A stretch of 64,000 nucleotides of DNA from an uncultured delta proteobacterium. Its GTDB lineage: Bacteria; Myxococcota_A; Polyangia; Fen-1088. The translations under genes were made by a program, and so were the position numbers. Below the pieces are notes generated by a model. The model searched no databases and was not told the DNA's origin. It saw only the letters and a program-made list of their open reading frames with translations. Shown piece after piece: positions 17,200 through 28,468 of the stretch; positions within the stretch are counted from its first letter, which is position 1; the number at the start of each line of letters is the position of its first letter. The stretch is from the NCBI GenBank assembly GCA_963796685.1, contig CAWCMR010000006.1, positions 224,001-288,000 on the forward strand. Reading direction: 5' to 3'.

Positions 17200-19470
17200 G
17201 TGCTCCTCCCCAAATCCGCGCTCGCTTCCAGCATCACGGCGCAGATCGGTCCCACCAACACCGGCAAGACCCATCGCGCGGTCGAGCGCATGCTCGGCCA
17301 CGAATCGGGCATGATCGGCTTGCCCCTGCGCCTGCTCGCGCGCGAGATCTACGATCGGGTTTCGGCGCGCGTGGGCGAAGGCGCGGTGGCGTTGGTCACC
17401 GGCGAGGAGAAGCGCATGCCGCCCCGGCCGCGCTACTTCATCTGCACCGTCGAGGCCATGCCCGCGGGGCGCGAGGTCGACTTCCTGGCCGTCGACGAAA
17501 TCCATCTGGCCGGCCACGTGGAACGTGGACACGTGTTCACCGATCGGATGCTTCACTGGCGCGGACGGCTCGAAACCTGGCTGCTCGGCGCTGACACCAT
17601 CCGGCCCGTGCTCGAGCGCCTGGTCCCCACCGCGGTCATCGAACGCAAGCCGCGCCTCTCGCGTCTGTCGTGGGCGGGCAATCTTGCCCTGCGGGCGCTG
17701 CCACCGCGCACCGCGGTGGTGGCATTTTCGGTGGATCGCGTGTACGAGCTGGCCGAGAGACTGCGTGCCCGCCGCGGTGGCGCTGCTGTGGTGATGGGCG
17801 CGCTATCGCCGAGGGCGCGCAACGCGCAGGTCGCCATGTATCAGTCGGGCGAGGTCGACTACATGGTGGCCACCGATGCCATCGGCATGGGGCTCAACAT
17901 GGACGTCGACTGCGTGGCCTTCGCGGATCTGCGCAAGTTCGACGGGCGCAAGCTGCGCGAGCTGGAGGACTCCGAGTTGGCGCAGATCGCGGGCCGCGCG
18001 GGTCGTCACCACAACAACGGCAAGTTCGTCACGCTGGCCCCGCTGTCCGAGCTGCCCCCGTCCACCGTCAGGGCCATCGAGGACCATCGGTTTCCGGCCC
18101 AGACCAGCGTGTACTGGCGCAATTCCGACCTCGATCTTTCCTCGCTGGAAACCGTCGCGGCGTCGCTGGCGCGCAAGCCGATGCAGTCCTGTCTCGAGAT
18201 GGCGGCCGATGCCGACGACGCACGCGCGCTGGTGCGCCTGGGTGCGGACGCCGAGATCGCGGCGCGCTGCCGGTCGAGCAAGAATGTCGCGTTGCTGTGG
18301 CAGGTTTGCCAGATCCCCGACTTTCGCCAGCTGCAACTGGATGACCACTTCAAACTGTTGCGAGCCGTGTTCCTGCAACTTACCGGCCCACGCGGACGGT
18401 TGGAAAAGGACTGGATCGCGCGACACCTGGAACGGCTGTCGGAGCTGCAAGGCGACATCGATACCTTGCTCGCGCGGATGGCCTTCATCCGGACCTGGAC
18501 GTACATCACCCACCACACGCGTTGGCTCGACGACGCGCAGGCCTGGCAAGAACAGGCGCGCGCCCTGGAAGACGAGCTCAGCGATGCCCTGCACGACAAG
18601 TTGGTGGCCAGGTTCGTCGATGCCGGCAACCGCAGAGGCCGTGGCCGGGCTCCGGTCAGGGGCGCCTTTGCCGAGCAGCTGCGCCACGCCATGACCCGGA
18701 CGGCCGACGGAGCTTCGGTGGAGGTGGCGGATCCCGCGAGATGGGTGGAAGACTTGGTCGAGGCCGGCGACGACCGCTTTGGCCTCGGCGACGACGGACG
18801 AATCCTCGGCGAGGGCAGGGCGCTCGGGCGCATGTCCCAGGGCGCAGACAGACTGCGTCCCGAGGTCACGGTCTCGGTGAACGACCTCGGCCCCGGGGCC
18901 AAAATGCGTCTTCAGCGGCGGCTGGTGGCCTGGACGCGCGACCTGGCCGAAACCCTCTTGTCTCCGCTGCGCGACGAACGCCTCGCCAAGCTGGGCTCGG
19001 CGGCGCGCGGGATCCTCTACCAGCTCGAACAAGGACTCGGTACCGCGCTGTCCGGCCGGGCCCAGGCGCAATTGCGCCAGATCGAGCAGACCGATCGCAG
19101 TCGGTTCGGGCGCGCGGGGATCAAGCTCGGGCGCGAGGTCGTGTATGCGACGGCCCTCCTTCAGCCGGAGGCTCTGCTCGTGCGCGCGACCTTGTGCCGC
19201 GCCTTTTTGCCGCCCGGAATTCCCTTCGAGATTCCGTCGCCGCAGTCCCGATTCTTCCTGCCCACGGACGAGATTGACGACGACACCTGCCTGGCCATGG
19301 GCTTTCCCGTGGTGGCGGGCGTGGCGATTCGCGCGGACGAGGCGGAGGCCATCGCGGCCCACGTCGCAGGCGGTGCTCGCGCCAGCGCCATCGCGCGCCG
19401 CCTGGGCTGCGACACCGACATCGCCACGGCGATTTTCGAAGCGCTGAACCAACGCCGCCACCGCCGCTGA
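17200..19470 (+). CDS. Suv3/MgpS-like SF2 helicase
   Basis: GPTNTGKT, PLRLLARE, DEIH, ATDAIGMGLN, QIAGRAGR. Confidence 0.92.
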   Translation: MLLPKSALASSITAQIGPTNTGKTHRAVERMLGHESGMIGLPLRLLAREIYDRVSARVGEGAVALVTGEEKRMPPRPRYFICTVEAMPAGREVDFLAVDEIHLAGHVERGHVFTDRMLHWRGRLETWLLGADTIRPVLERLVPTAVIERKPRLSRLSWAGNLALRALPPRTAVVAFSVDRVYELAERLRARRGGAAVVMGALSPRARNAQVAMYQSGEVDYMVATDAIGMGLNMDVDCVAFADLRKFDGRKLRELEDSELAQIAGRAGRHHNNGKFVTLAPLSELPPSTVRAIEDHRFPAQTSVYWRNSDLDLSSLETVAASLARKPMQSCLEMAADADDARALVRLGADAEIAARCRSSKNVALLWQVCQIPDFRQLQLDDHFKLLRAVFLQLTGPRGRLEKDWIARHLERLSELQGDIDTLLARMAFIRTWTYITHHTRWLDDAQAWQEQARALEDELSDALHDKLVARFVDAGNRRGRGRAPVRGAFAEQLRHAMTRTADGASVEVADPARWVEDLVEAGDDRFGLGDDGRILGEGRALGRMSQGADRLRPEVTVSVNDLGPGAKMRLQRRLVAWTRDLAETLLSPLRDERLAKLGSAARGILYQLEQGLGTALSGRAQAQLRQIEQTDRSRFGRAGIKLGREVVYATALLQPEALLVRATLCRAFLPPGIPFEIPSPQSRFFLPTDEIDDDTCLAMGFPVVAGVAIRADEAEAIAAHVAGGARASAIARRLGCDTDIATAIFEALNQRRHRR

Positions 19471-19692
19471 CCTTCCGGTCTCTGTTGACCTGTCCAAGAA
19501 TTGGACAGGTCGACGGAAGCCGAGCCAAAGGCTCGGCCGCGGGTGGGGTGAAGTCCGCGAATTCACTTCGCGGACGAGGGGCGGGCGGCGGCCCGCCCCT
19601 TTGAAATCTTCAAGACGGGTCCATTTATGGACACGTCTTGCGTCCTCCATCTCCTCCGCGCTCTCTTCCAGCCCGATGTTACACTGCGGGCG

Positions 19693-20727
19693 ATGCAAGA
19701 CGAGTCGTACGACGTGGTCATCGTGGGCGCGGGCCCGGGCGGGCTTTCGTGCGCGCGGGCGCTGGCGGGCTCGGGCCAGCGCGTGCTGGTGCTGGAAAAG
19801 AGCGACGGTTTGGGCAAGAAGATCTGCGCCGGCGAGCTGACCGCCAAGGTCTTGCCCGGCGAGAACTTCGACCGCGGCCGGCCATGGACCGAGATCCACG
19901 TCGGCAACGACCACTCTTGCCACCGCATCGAGCTGCCACGCCCTTTCGCCTGGACCACCGGCCGACAGGGAATCGAGAGCCACCTCATGAAGGGCTGCGA
20001 CGCCGAGGTGCGATTCGGCGAGCCGGTCCAGACCATCACGTCCGAATTCGTCGCGACCCGCACCCGCCGCTACCGCTACAAGAAGTTGGTGGGCGCCGAC
20101 GGGGCGAATTCGATCGTGCGCCGTCACCTCGAGCTGCCGCGCGAGACAATCGTCGGCTGGGCTTACCACTTCGTGGTCGACCAGCCAGCCACCGAGTTTC
20201 ACATCTATTGGTTGCCGCGCACCTTCCCCGCCGGCTACGGCTACATGATGTCGCGCAGCCGCGGCCAGACCATGGTGGGCCTTGCCTTCGAGGGCAGCCG
20301 CTTCGATCGCGAGGTGGCGGCGCGGGCCGGCGCGTGGGTGGCCGAGCGCTTCGGCCTGGACGTGTCCAAGCTGCGCCACGAGGCGGCCAAGGGCAACGCC
20401 GACTACCGCGGCTGGCGCTTCGGCGACGTGTGCCTGGTCGGCGAGGCCGCCGGCCTGCTCAATCCGCTTTCGACCGAGGGTATCTACTACGCCATTCGCA
20501 GCGGCGAGGGGGTAGGCAAGTTTTTGCGTGGCGATGCGTCGGGCGAGGATCTGCTGCGGCACCTTGCCCGGGTGCACGGGCGGCAGGTGCGCATCTTCAA
20601 GTTGGTGACCCACAAGAAGCTGCCCTTCTGCTGGATGGTGGATTGGGTGATGCGCGATCCACGCGCGGGGCTGCGGCGCTGGCTCCTGCAGTGGGTGCTG
20701 TACTGGCTCATGGACCGGTCGGGATAA
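19693..20727 (+). CDS. FAD-dependent oxidoreductase (geranylgeranyl reductase family)
   Basis: DVVIVGAGPGG, KICAG, GADGANS, GEAAG..NPLSTEGI. Confidence 0.85.
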   Translation: MQDESYDVVIVGAGPGGLSCARALAGSGQRVLVLEKSDGLGKKICAGELTAKVLPGENFDRGRPWTEIHVGNDHSCHRIELPRPFAWTTGRQGIESHLMKGCDAEVRFGEPVQTITSEFVATRTRRYRYKKLVGADGANSIVRRHLELPRETIVGWAYHFVVDQPATEFHIYWLPRTFPAGYGYMMSRSRGQTMVGLAFEGSRFDREVAARAGAWVAERFGLDVSKLRHEAAKGNADYRGWRFGDVCLVGEAAGLLNPLSTEGIYYAIRSGEGVGKFLRGDASGEDLLRHLARVHGRQVRIFKLVTHKKLPFCWMVDWVMRDPRAGLRRWLLQWVLYWLMDRSG

Positions 20728-20959
20728 GGGCGACACGAGCAGGCGTAAGGAGAAATTGTGTTCGGCCGGGCCAAGAGCGTGGCAAAATGGCGTTGCCGGG
20801 GCGAAGATCCGGGCGGGACCGCGGGCGTTCCATGCCTCAAGTCCACGGGAAAAACCGACGAAAACCGACTGTAGGATGGGGTGACTGTGCGCCTCGGCAA
20901 ACGCGCACGACGGCTGGAAATCAGCACCCCATACAAGTTCCCCGCCAAGGGAGGTTTCT

Positions 20960-21349
20960 GTGAACGTTGTCAAGACTCGCAAGGTACTCGTGGTCGAGGA
21001 CTCGCGCCTCATCCACAAGATGTATGAGGTGATGCTTCGGCCGTGCATGCTTATCGCGGCGCACGACGGGCGCGAAGGGCTTGCCCGCCTGGCCGAGAAC
21101 CCGGACGTCGATGTCATCATCCTGGACATCAACATGCCCCACATGACCGGGCTCGAATTCCTGGGCCAGGTGAAGGCCAAGCCCGAATTCGCGACCATTC
21201 CGGTCATCATTGTCTCCACCGAGGGCAAGGAAGAGGACGTCGCGCGCGGGCTGCGGGCCGGCGCGGTGGCGTACCTCAAGAAGCCCTTCCAGCGCGAGGA
21301 TCTGCTCAAGATCATCGGCCGGCTCACGCTCAAGCAGCCTTCCCCATGA
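20960..21349 (+). CDS. CheY-like response regulator
   Basis: VLVVED, LDINMP, ST, KPF receiver motifs. Confidence 0.92.
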   Translation: MNVVKTRKVLVVEDSRLIHKMYEVMLRPCMLIAAHDGREGLARLAENPDVDVIILDINMPHMTGLEFLGQVKAKPEFATIPVIIVSTEGKEEDVARGLRAGAVAYLKKPFQREDLLKIIGRLTLKQPSP

Positions 21350-22116
21350 AGGACGGTGATGCCATGGCCGAAGGTCCACGCAAAACCGGCTATTCAGGGG
21401 CGGACAGCAGCGATCCCTTGGCGACCCTGATGCGGGCGCGCCAGCTCATCCACGACGCCCAGGCCGCCATCGAGGAGGCCAGCAAGTCGGTGGTCCAGCA
21501 GCGCACGGCTTCGTCAGAGCTTCCCGAGCACGCCTTGCGCCTGGCCAAGGCCGAGAACGAACGCGAGGAGCTGGCCGCGCGGCTCGCCGAGGTCGAGCAC
21601 CAGGTGGGGCGTCTCATGACCTTGTACGTGGCCACCTACCAACTGCACGCCACCCTGGATCCGGCGGACGTGCAATCGACCATCGCCGAGATCGCCGTCA
21701 ACCTGCTGGGCGCCGAGCGGTTTGCCCTGCTGCTGCGCGACGAGGACGAGAGCGCCCTCGAGATCCGGCTGCAAGAGGGCGCCATCGATGCGACCTGGTC
21801 GGGGGGCACGACCTACACCGGCGGCGATCCGCTGATCGACGCCTCGCTGCTCGACGGCATGCTGCGCTTCGGGCCGGTCGAGAATTCGCCCGTCCTGGTG
21901 ACCGTGCCCTTGCGCGTGCAGGACGTGACGGTGGGCGCGCTCATCATCACCAAGTTGTTCGAGCACAAGGGCAAGCTGGACGAGGAGGATCGCGACCTGC
22001 TCGATCTGCTCGGGGCGCACGCGGCGTCCGCGCTTTTCGCGTCGCGGGTGTACTCGCGGGCCGCGCGCAAGCTGCGAACCCTCGAGGGGCTGATCAAGCT
22101 GGTCAAGCAGGGCTAG
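21346..22116 (+). CDS. Coiled-coil plus GAF domain protein
   Basis: LVTVPLRVQDVTVGALII..DRDLLDLLGAHAA. Confidence 0.8.
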   Translation: MKDGDAMAEGPRKTGYSGADSSDPLATLMRARQLIHDAQAAIEEASKSVVQQRTASSELPEHALRLAKAENEREELAARLAEVEHQVGRLMTLYVATYQLHATLDPADVQSTIAEIAVNLLGAERFALLLRDEDESALEIRLQEGAIDATWSGGTTYTGGDPLIDASLLDGMLRFGPVENSPVLVTVPLRVQDVTVGALIITKLFEHKGKLDEEDRDLLDLLGAHAASALFASRVYSRAARKLRTLEGLIKLVKQG

Positions 22117-22148
22117 ACCGCCGGGGGAGCGCCCCCAAACGAGGATGC

Positions 22149-23810
22149 ATGAGCTTCCGAGGCATGATCGAAGACGTTGCGGTTGCCGATGTGATGCAAC
22201 TGATTCGGCTGGGCGGTCACTCGGGAACTCTCACCGTCAACAACCGTAGCGAAGAAGGCTTCATCGGCTTCGAGCGCGGACGCATCGTGAGCGCGTGGAA
22301 TCCGCGCACCCGGCGGGTCGGCGAGCTGCTGGTCGCCGTCTCCGCCATCGATGAGGGCACCTTGCTGCGCGCCCTGGAAACACAGAGCTCCGAGCGACCG
22401 CGGCGAAGCATCGGTCAGATCCTGGTGCGCATGGGCAGCACCACCCCGGAGGCGATTCGCGACGTGATGGCCGCCGAGATCGAACGCGTGGTGGGCGAGA
22501 TGCTCTCGTGGAAATCGGGGACCTTCGAATTCGCCATCGACGATCTTACGCCCATGGTCGAGGTTACCCGTTTCATCGGCGCCCCCAAGGTCGATCTGGA
22601 CACCCAGACGGTGCTGATGGACGTCCTGCGCCGAATCGATGAGACCGGCACGTCGGGCGAGTTTCCCGCGGCCGGGGTGGGGGACGCGGAGGGGGGCGCG
22701 GCGAAGCGCAGCCCGCAAACCCACAGCAGCGAATTCGAGCCACCCGCCCTCGAGGAAGGGGGCGAAGCCGATGCGCCCCCCTCCGATTTGGACCTCCAGG
22801 CAAGGTCCGGCGACCGGGTGGCCTACGAGCCGACCCCGCGTCCGCAAAGCGAGCGTCTACGCTATCAGATCGTGTCTCCGGACGCCGACCTCCTGGCGCG
22901 GCTCAACCAGTTGATGGCAACGTCCGGCGATCGTGTTGCCGCGGTCGCCCTGCGCGACGCCGGTGCCTCGCTGCTCGGCGAATCGCCGCCCATCGTGGTG
23001 GTCGACTTGCGCTACCAGGTCCACGCCTTGACCACGCTGTCGGCGCTGTGCCGCTCGCGCCCGCGGGCCGCGGTCATCGCGCTCTTCGAAGGCCGCGCAC
23101 CTTTGCGCGAGATGTACAAATCGGGCGTGCTCTCGGTGACCTCGTCGGTGCCCGAAACCATCGTGGCGTGCATGCTATCCGCGGCCCGGCAGCGCAAGTT
23201 CATGGCCAACGAGCACGCCATCACGGAGGGGATCCGCGCCAGCTTCGCGCGCCTGCGACGGATCATCGCCGACCTACGCTCGGGACTGCTCGGCACGTCG
23301 GTGTCCTCGAACTTGATGGCGGCGGTGGCCGAATCCCTCGACCGCGGGGTTCTCTTCGTGCCGCATCTCGATCGCATGGTGGCGCTGGGGGCGTTCGGCA
23401 ACACGAGCTGGGGAGCGCCGCTGTCCAAGACGACCCAAGGGCTCATCATGGCCATCGGCGGCAGCGGGGTGTTCAAGGATTGCGTGACCGACAGCCGTTC
23501 GCGCCGCCTGCGCTACGACGAAGCCGACTTGCCGCAGGCCTTCATCGAAGCCGTGGATCGCCCGAGGACGGGGGAGATCGCAGTCTTGCCGGTGCCGGGC
23601 AGCGAACGCGTGATCGCCGCCATCTACCTCGACAACGGGACGCGGGATCGGGAGATCGGCGACATCGAAATCTTCGAGCTGGCGGCCTTTCAACTTGGAC
23701 TGGCGCTGGAAAATGAATTTCTGCGTCGGGCGAACCCCGGTCAGGACGTGACGTCCGCCATCCTCGGCATGTGCAAGAACGGCGGTGGCAAGAGCGGGGG
23801 CAGCGGATAG
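22149..23810 (+). CDS. DUF4388 (PATAN-like) domain protein with C-terminal GAF-like region
   Basis: FRGMIEDVAVADVMQLI..SGTL..WKSGTFEF. Confidence 0.8.
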   Translation: MSFRGMIEDVAVADVMQLIRLGGHSGTLTVNNRSEEGFIGFERGRIVSAWNPRTRRVGELLVAVSAIDEGTLLRALETQSSERPRRSIGQILVRMGSTTPEAIRDVMAAEIERVVGEMLSWKSGTFEFAIDDLTPMVEVTRFIGAPKVDLDTQTVLMDVLRRIDETGTSGEFPAAGVGDAEGGAAKRSPQTHSSEFEPPALEEGGEADAPPSDLDLQARSGDRVAYEPTPRPQSERLRYQIVSPDADLLARLNQLMATSGDRVAAVALRDAGASLLGESPPIVVVDLRYQVHALTTLSALCRSRPRAAVIALFEGRAPLREMYKSGVLSVTSSVPETIVACMLSAARQRKFMANEHAITEGIRASFARLRRIIADLRSGLLGTSVSSNLMAAVAESLDRGVLFVPHLDRMVALGAFGNTSWGAPLSKTTQGLIMAIGGSGVFKDCVTDSRSRRLRYDEADLPQAFIEAVDRPRTGEIAVLPVPGSERVIAAIYLDNGTRDREIGDIEIFELAAFQLGLALENEFLRRANPGQDVTSAILGMCKNGGGKSGGSG

Positions 23811-23818
23811 CTGGCAAG

Positions 23819-25540
23819 ATGGAAACCCTGTTTGCACCCCTGGCGAAAGACTTCGTCGACGAGTCGGCGCCTATCGCGCAAGAGGTGGGCGGACTGCTGC
23901 TCGAGCTCGAGCAAGCGTGGAGCACGGGCGCTGACGGCAAGCAGCTCTTGCGCGCGATTCGCGGCGGGTTGCACACCATCAAGGGCAACGGCGCCATGAT
24001 GGGCCTTTCGCCCATCGAGCGGGTGGCGCACGCCCTCGAGGACGTTTGTGGGCAGGTCGAGACCAGCCGGGCCGGCGAACGGTCCGGTCTCGTCCAGTGC
24101 CTTCTCGAGGGCTGCGACCTCCTGGGTGCTCTCATCCAATCCGCGCTGGTCGGCCAGGTGGACCCGCAGCCCGCGGACGCGTTCGTGGCCAGGGCGCGGG
24201 AAGCGAACGAAGCGGCCCGTTTGCCCAGGATGGCAGCGGCTCGCGCAGAAGCTCCGGTGCGCGGCGAAAGCGCGGGACATGGGCTTGGCCCCGCCGTCGA
24301 AGCCGAGGAGGGGCGGGGCAGCGCGCGCATCGCCGACTGCGATGTGGACGAGCTGCTGGAGTTGGCCGGGGAAACCATCGTGGGGCACACCGAGCTGGCG
24401 CGCGTGCATGGCCGGCTCGTGCGTGGCCACATCGAGGCCAGCGACATCGCGCTCATGGATCAGCTCCTGACCGATCTCGGCCGCACCTCGCGCGAGATGC
24501 GCCACAAGCTCTTGCGGGTCCGCCTGGCCCCCATCGCCACGCTCTTTCGCCGTTTCGGTCGCTTTCTGCGCGATCTGGCCCATGAACGGGGCCAGGCCAT
24601 CGAGCTTTGCATCGAGGGCGGAGAGACCGCCGTGGATCGTGCCATCATCAGCCGTCTGCACGAGCCCCTGGTCCATATCGTGCGCAACGCCGTCGCCCAC
24701 GGCATCGAATCCGCCAACGAGCGCGCGGCCCTCGGGAAGCCGGCCAAGGCGCAGCTTCTGCTCGGCGCTCGCCTGCGCGAGGGCCGGGTCAATGTCAGCA
24801 TCGCCGACGATGGGCGCGGCTTGGATCACGTCGCCATCGCGGCCAAGGCGAAGAGCCAGGGGCTCGACACCACCGGGTTCTCCGAGCGCGACCTCCAGCG
24901 CCTGATCTTTCGGTCCGGATTCTCGACCGCCTCGTCGGTGTCCAACCTCGCGGGACGCGGGGTGGGGCTCGACGTGGTGGCCAGTGTGGTGCAGGGCCTG
25001 GGAGGCAGCATCGATGTGCGCTCGACCCCGGGACGAGGCACGGTCTTCGTGCTCGACCTGCCCGTGACGGTGTCCTTGCAGAAGGCCGTGATCTTCGGCG
25101 TGGACAGCGAGACCTTCGCCATTCCTGCGGGGTTCGTTCTGGACGCCATGGAGAGTCGCGAAAAGGACATGCAGACCATCAATCGCGTCTTGCTTGTCTC
25201 CTGGCGTGGTGATTTCGTGCGCGCCGTGGACGCGGGACACCTGCTCGGTTGTCAGGGCTTGGCCCAGGCATGGGCGCGACCCTACGCCATCGTGTTGCAG
25301 GCCGGGAACAAGACTGGCGCGCTGCTGGTGGACTGGGTCTCGGGCGTGCAGGAGATCGTGGTCAAGCCCCTCGACGAGACCCTGGCGGGTTGCCATATGG
25401 TCGCCGGCGCGACGGTTCTGGCGCAAGGCCGCGTGGTTCCCATCCTCGACAGCGTCGAGGTCGTTCGTCGCGCAAGCGCCGCGCTCTTGCCCGAACCGTC
25501 CTTGGAGACGAAGGTGGAGGCCCACTACGATGTCTTCTGA
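23819..25540 (+). CDS. cheA: Chemotaxis histidine kinase
   Basis: Hpt LHTIKG, HIVRNAVAHG, DDGRG, GFSTA..GRGVGLDVV, CheW domain. Confidence 0.93.
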   Translation: METLFAPLAKDFVDESAPIAQEVGGLLLELEQAWSTGADGKQLLRAIRGGLHTIKGNGAMMGLSPIERVAHALEDVCGQVETSRAGERSGLVQCLLEGCDLLGALIQSALVGQVDPQPADAFVARAREANEAARLPRMAAARAEAPVRGESAGHGLGPAVEAEEGRGSARIADCDVDELLELAGETIVGHTELARVHGRLVRGHIEASDIALMDQLLTDLGRTSREMRHKLLRVRLAPIATLFRRFGRFLRDLAHERGQAIELCIEGGETAVDRAIISRLHEPLVHIVRNAVAHGIESANERAALGKPAKAQLLLGARLREGRVNVSIADDGRGLDHVAIAAKAKSQGLDTTGFSERDLQRLIFRSGFSTASSVSNLAGRGVGLDVVASVVQGLGGSIDVRSTPGRGTVFVLDLPVTVSLQKAVIFGVDSETFAIPAGFVLDAMESREKDMQTINRVLLVSWRGDFVRAVDAGHLLGCQGLAQAWARPYAIVLQAGNKTGALLVDWVSGVQEIVVKPLDETLAGCHMVAGATVLAQGRVVPILDSVEVVRRASAALLPEPSLETKVEAHYDVF

Positions 25541-26102
25541 TGCCGGTCGAACGGGGCAGGGCGAGGGCGGTGGCGCGGAGAACAAAGAACCCCTGCTGGC
25601 ATTCGCGGACGCCTTGGTCGCCGCCAACGAGCGGCAGGCCGGCGGGGCCGAAGGCGAGATCCGGCAGTTCGTGACTTTCTTCCTGCGCGAAGACGAGATC
25701 GGCATTCCCATCTTGCAGTGTCGAGAGATCGTGCGGGCGCCCGCCATCACCCGCGTGCCCGAGGCGCCCGATTACGTGCGCGGCGTGGTGAACCTGCGCG
25801 GTCGCGTGCTTCCGGCGGTGGACGTGCGCAAGTGCCTCGGCTACGAGGCCAGCCCGCCCACCGCCAGGGCACGCCTGCTGGTCGTGGAGGTCGCGGGGCG
25901 CGCCTTCGCGCTGCTCGTGGACAGGGTCGCGCGCATCCTCAAGCTGGCCTCCGCCGACATCGCACCGTCACCCGAGCCCGCCAGCCCCCGCTCGGCCCTT
26001 GGCGTGGCCCACGATGGCGACGCCGTGATTCACTTGACCGATGCGGAGCGCATTCTGCGACCCGGACCCGCTGCGTCCGTCCCAAGGAGTGACCAAGCAT
26101 GA
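25530..26102 (+). CDS. cheW: Chemotaxis coupling protein
   Basis: [26 protein letters not shown]. Confidence 0.93.
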   Translation: MSSDAGRTGQGEGGGAENKEPLLAFADALVAANERQAGGAEGEIRQFVTFFLREDEIGIPILQCREIVRAPAITRVPEAPDYVRGVVNLRGRVLPAVDVRKCLGYEASPPTARARLLVVEVAGRAFALLVDRVARILKLASADIAPSPEPASPRSALGVAHDGDAVIHLTDAERILRPGPAASVPRSDQA

Positions 26103-28468
26103 GCACACACGAGAGCAAGGCCTCAGGGGCCGCCGAGTCTTCGCGTTCGAAGAACGGCGACGGCTCGGCTCGCGAGCGCAAGCGGCACCGGTGGCTCGGG
26201 CGTATCGAGGGGGCGCCCATGCTGCGCCACCTGTCGCTGTGGCAGAAGCTTCTCATCATCGTGATCATTCTTCTTCTCCCCACGGCCCTGCTGCTGCGGG
26301 ATTTCGTCAGCAAGAGCAGCGACGAGCTCGTCCGCATGCGCCGGGAATTGTGCGTGGAGGGATACGCACAACACATCCGGCGCATCCTTGGTCAGCAGAT
26401 TGCCATGAATGCGCGCGCGCTCTCGTCCGGCCCGGAGGAATTTCAGGCGGGCTCGAAGAACGCCATGAGCTCGGCCATCGAGGCCCTGGGCGCCTTGAAT
26501 ACCTCGGGGTGCGGCGTCGAAGCCGACATGGCCAGGGTGCGCATGCCCGAGACGCTGGCCGACCTGCGTGTCCTGTCCGCGCAAGTCGGTGGAACCACGG
26601 TCGCCAGGGAGGAGGTGCACCGTCGCCTGCGCGAGGCGGTAGACACCTGGTTCAGTCAGATCGCCCTGGTGGCGAACGAGACCCAGATCTTGGATCCCAT
26701 CGCCGTGCACGTCGTGGATGCGACGCTGCGGCGGACACCCGAAGCCGCCAGGCACATCGAACGCATGGTCGAGCTGTCGGCCGAATGGTTGCGCAGCGAC
26801 AGCGTCTCGATCGCGGTGCGGGCCGAGCTCATCAGCACCGTGGATGGGTTCGCCGCCGATCTGGCCGACATCGAACGCGATCTGCTGGCGGCGGTGCGCG
26901 GAAGCGGCTCCTCGGCCACGGGACAGTCCGTGGCCAGCGTGGGCATCCCCTTGCAGGAGTGCCTCTCGGCCGGGCGCAAGACCATCGCCGTCGCCCGTCA
27001 GTTGGTGGAAGAAGCGGGAGGCGCCAAGGATTCCACGCGCGCCGCGACGGTGTCGTCCCTGCGCGGTCTGGCGGCCTCGGCGCTCGATTCGTTGCTGGCA
27101 ACGTTCGATACGACCCTCGGCGCTCGCCGGGCCGAGCTGCTGGAGAAGAAGACGGCCAAGGAGGAGCAGGGCAAGTGGACCATCGCCCTCGTGCTGGTGG
27201 CGGTGCTGGCGGCCGCGGGACTGGTTTCGGTCATCGTCCGCAGCATCACCGCGCCCATCAAGCTGGCGGTCGAGTCGGCCAACAGCCTGGCCGAGCAGAA
27301 CTTCGCCATCGAGATAGGGGAGACCCGCTCGACCGACGAGGTTGGTCAGTTGCTGGTGTCCATGCGCAAAATGGCGGCCAACCTGCGCGCCACCATCGGC
27401 TCCATCTTGAATGCTTCGCGCATTGTCGCCAGTGCCTCGGAGAAGATCTCGGTCTCGGGCGCTCAGCTTGGCCGGGGAACGGAGACGCAATCCACGGCCA
27501 CCGCCGCGACCTCGGCCAGCATGGGGCGCATCGCCGAACAGATCCAGCAGCTCTCGCAAACCGCGACGTCGCTTTCCGCCAGCGTGGAAGAAACCACCAC
27601 GGCCTTTCAGCGCATGTACGAGACCCTGGAACGGACTGCGCTGCATGGCCAGACCCTGCTCGCCTCGTCTCAGGAAGCCACCATGCACCTGGCGGGCTTG
27701 ACCAGCAACATCACCCAGGTCACCGCGCAGGCGCGCACGGCCAACGAGATGTCCAAGGCCACGTTGGGTTCGGTCAAGTCGGGCAGCGAGGCGCTGCAGC
27801 GCTCCATCGGGGCCATCGGCGATCGGGCGCAGGAGATCCGCAAGATTCTTCGCCTCATCGAGGAGATCGCCGACCAGACCAACCTCTTGGCCCTCAACGC
27901 GGCCATCGAGGCGGCGCGGGCGGGCGAGGCGGGACGTGGTTTCGCCGTGGTGGCCGACGAGGTGAAGCGCCTGGCCGAGCGCAGCGCCCAATCCACGCGC
28001 GACATCAGCACCATCATCGAAGGCGTGCAGAAGGACGTAGGCACGGCCGTGACTTTGACCGATGATGTGCTGGTGGGAATGATGGCGTCCATCGACAAGA
28101 CCTCCACCATCATCGCGGCCAGCGCCCTGGCCACGGAAAGTCAGAGTGAAGCTGCGCGGCAAACGCTGAAGGTCGCGGAAAACATGTCCGGTCTGGCACA
28201 GCAGATTGCCATGGCCGCGCGCGAAAATGCGGGCAGCGCGGCGGAGATTGTGACGGCCTCCAGGCGCATGAGCGCTCTTACGAGCTCGATGCTCGATGCG
28301 ACCATGGAACAGAAGCGAGGCGGGGAAACCGTCGTCAAGTCGACCGAATCGATCTCGGAAGTGGCGCGGCAGAATCTTCAGGTGGTCGAGCAGCTCAATC
28401 TGGCGGCCAGGGAGCTCTCGGCTGAAGCCGAGTCGCTGCGCCAGCGCATGGAGGACTTCACGGTCTGA
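26099..28468 (+). CDS. Methyl-accepting chemotaxis protein
   Basis: Two TM segments, [37 protein letters not shown]. Confidence 0.95.
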   Translation: MSTHESKASGAAESSRSKNGDGSARERKRHRWLGRIEGAPMLRHLSLWQKLLIIVIILLLPTALLLRDFVSKSSDELVRMRRELCVEGYAQHIRRILGQQIAMNARALSSGPEEFQAGSKNAMSSAIEALGALNTSGCGVEADMARVRMPETLADLRVLSAQVGGTTVAREEVHRRLREAVDTWFSQIALVANETQILDPIAVHVVDATLRRTPEAARHIERMVELSAEWLRSDSVSIAVRAELISTVDGFAADLADIERDLLAAVRGSGSSATGQSVASVGIPLQECLSAGRKTIAVARQLVEEAGGAKDSTRAATVSSLRGLAASALDSLLATFDTTLGARRAELLEKKTAKEEQGKWTIALVLVAVLAAAGLVSVIVRSITAPIKLAVESANSLAEQNFAIEIGETRSTDEVGQLLVSMRKMAANLRATIGSILNASRIVASASEKISVSGAQLGRGTETQSTATAATSASMGRIAEQIQQLSQTATSLSASVEETTTAFQRMYETLERTALHGQTLLASSQEATMHLAGLTSNITQVTAQARTANEMSKATLGSVKSGSEALQRSIGAIGDRAQEIRKILRLIEEIADQTNLLALNAAIEAARAGEAGRGFAVVADEVKRLAERSAQSTRDISTIIEGVQKDVGTAVTLTDDVLVGMMASIDKTSTIIAASALATESQSEAARQTLKVAENMSGLAQQIAMAARENAGSAAEIVTASRRMSALTSSMLDATMEQKRGGETVVKSTESISEVARQNLQVVEQLNLAARELSAEAESLRQRMEDFTV

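Noticed and set aside
17803-21333. 1176-aa minus-strand ORF and similar long antisense ORFs (e.g. 26123-28597, 35575-37557)
   Set aside because: These are shadow frames of well-supported plus-strand genes in high-GC DNA.
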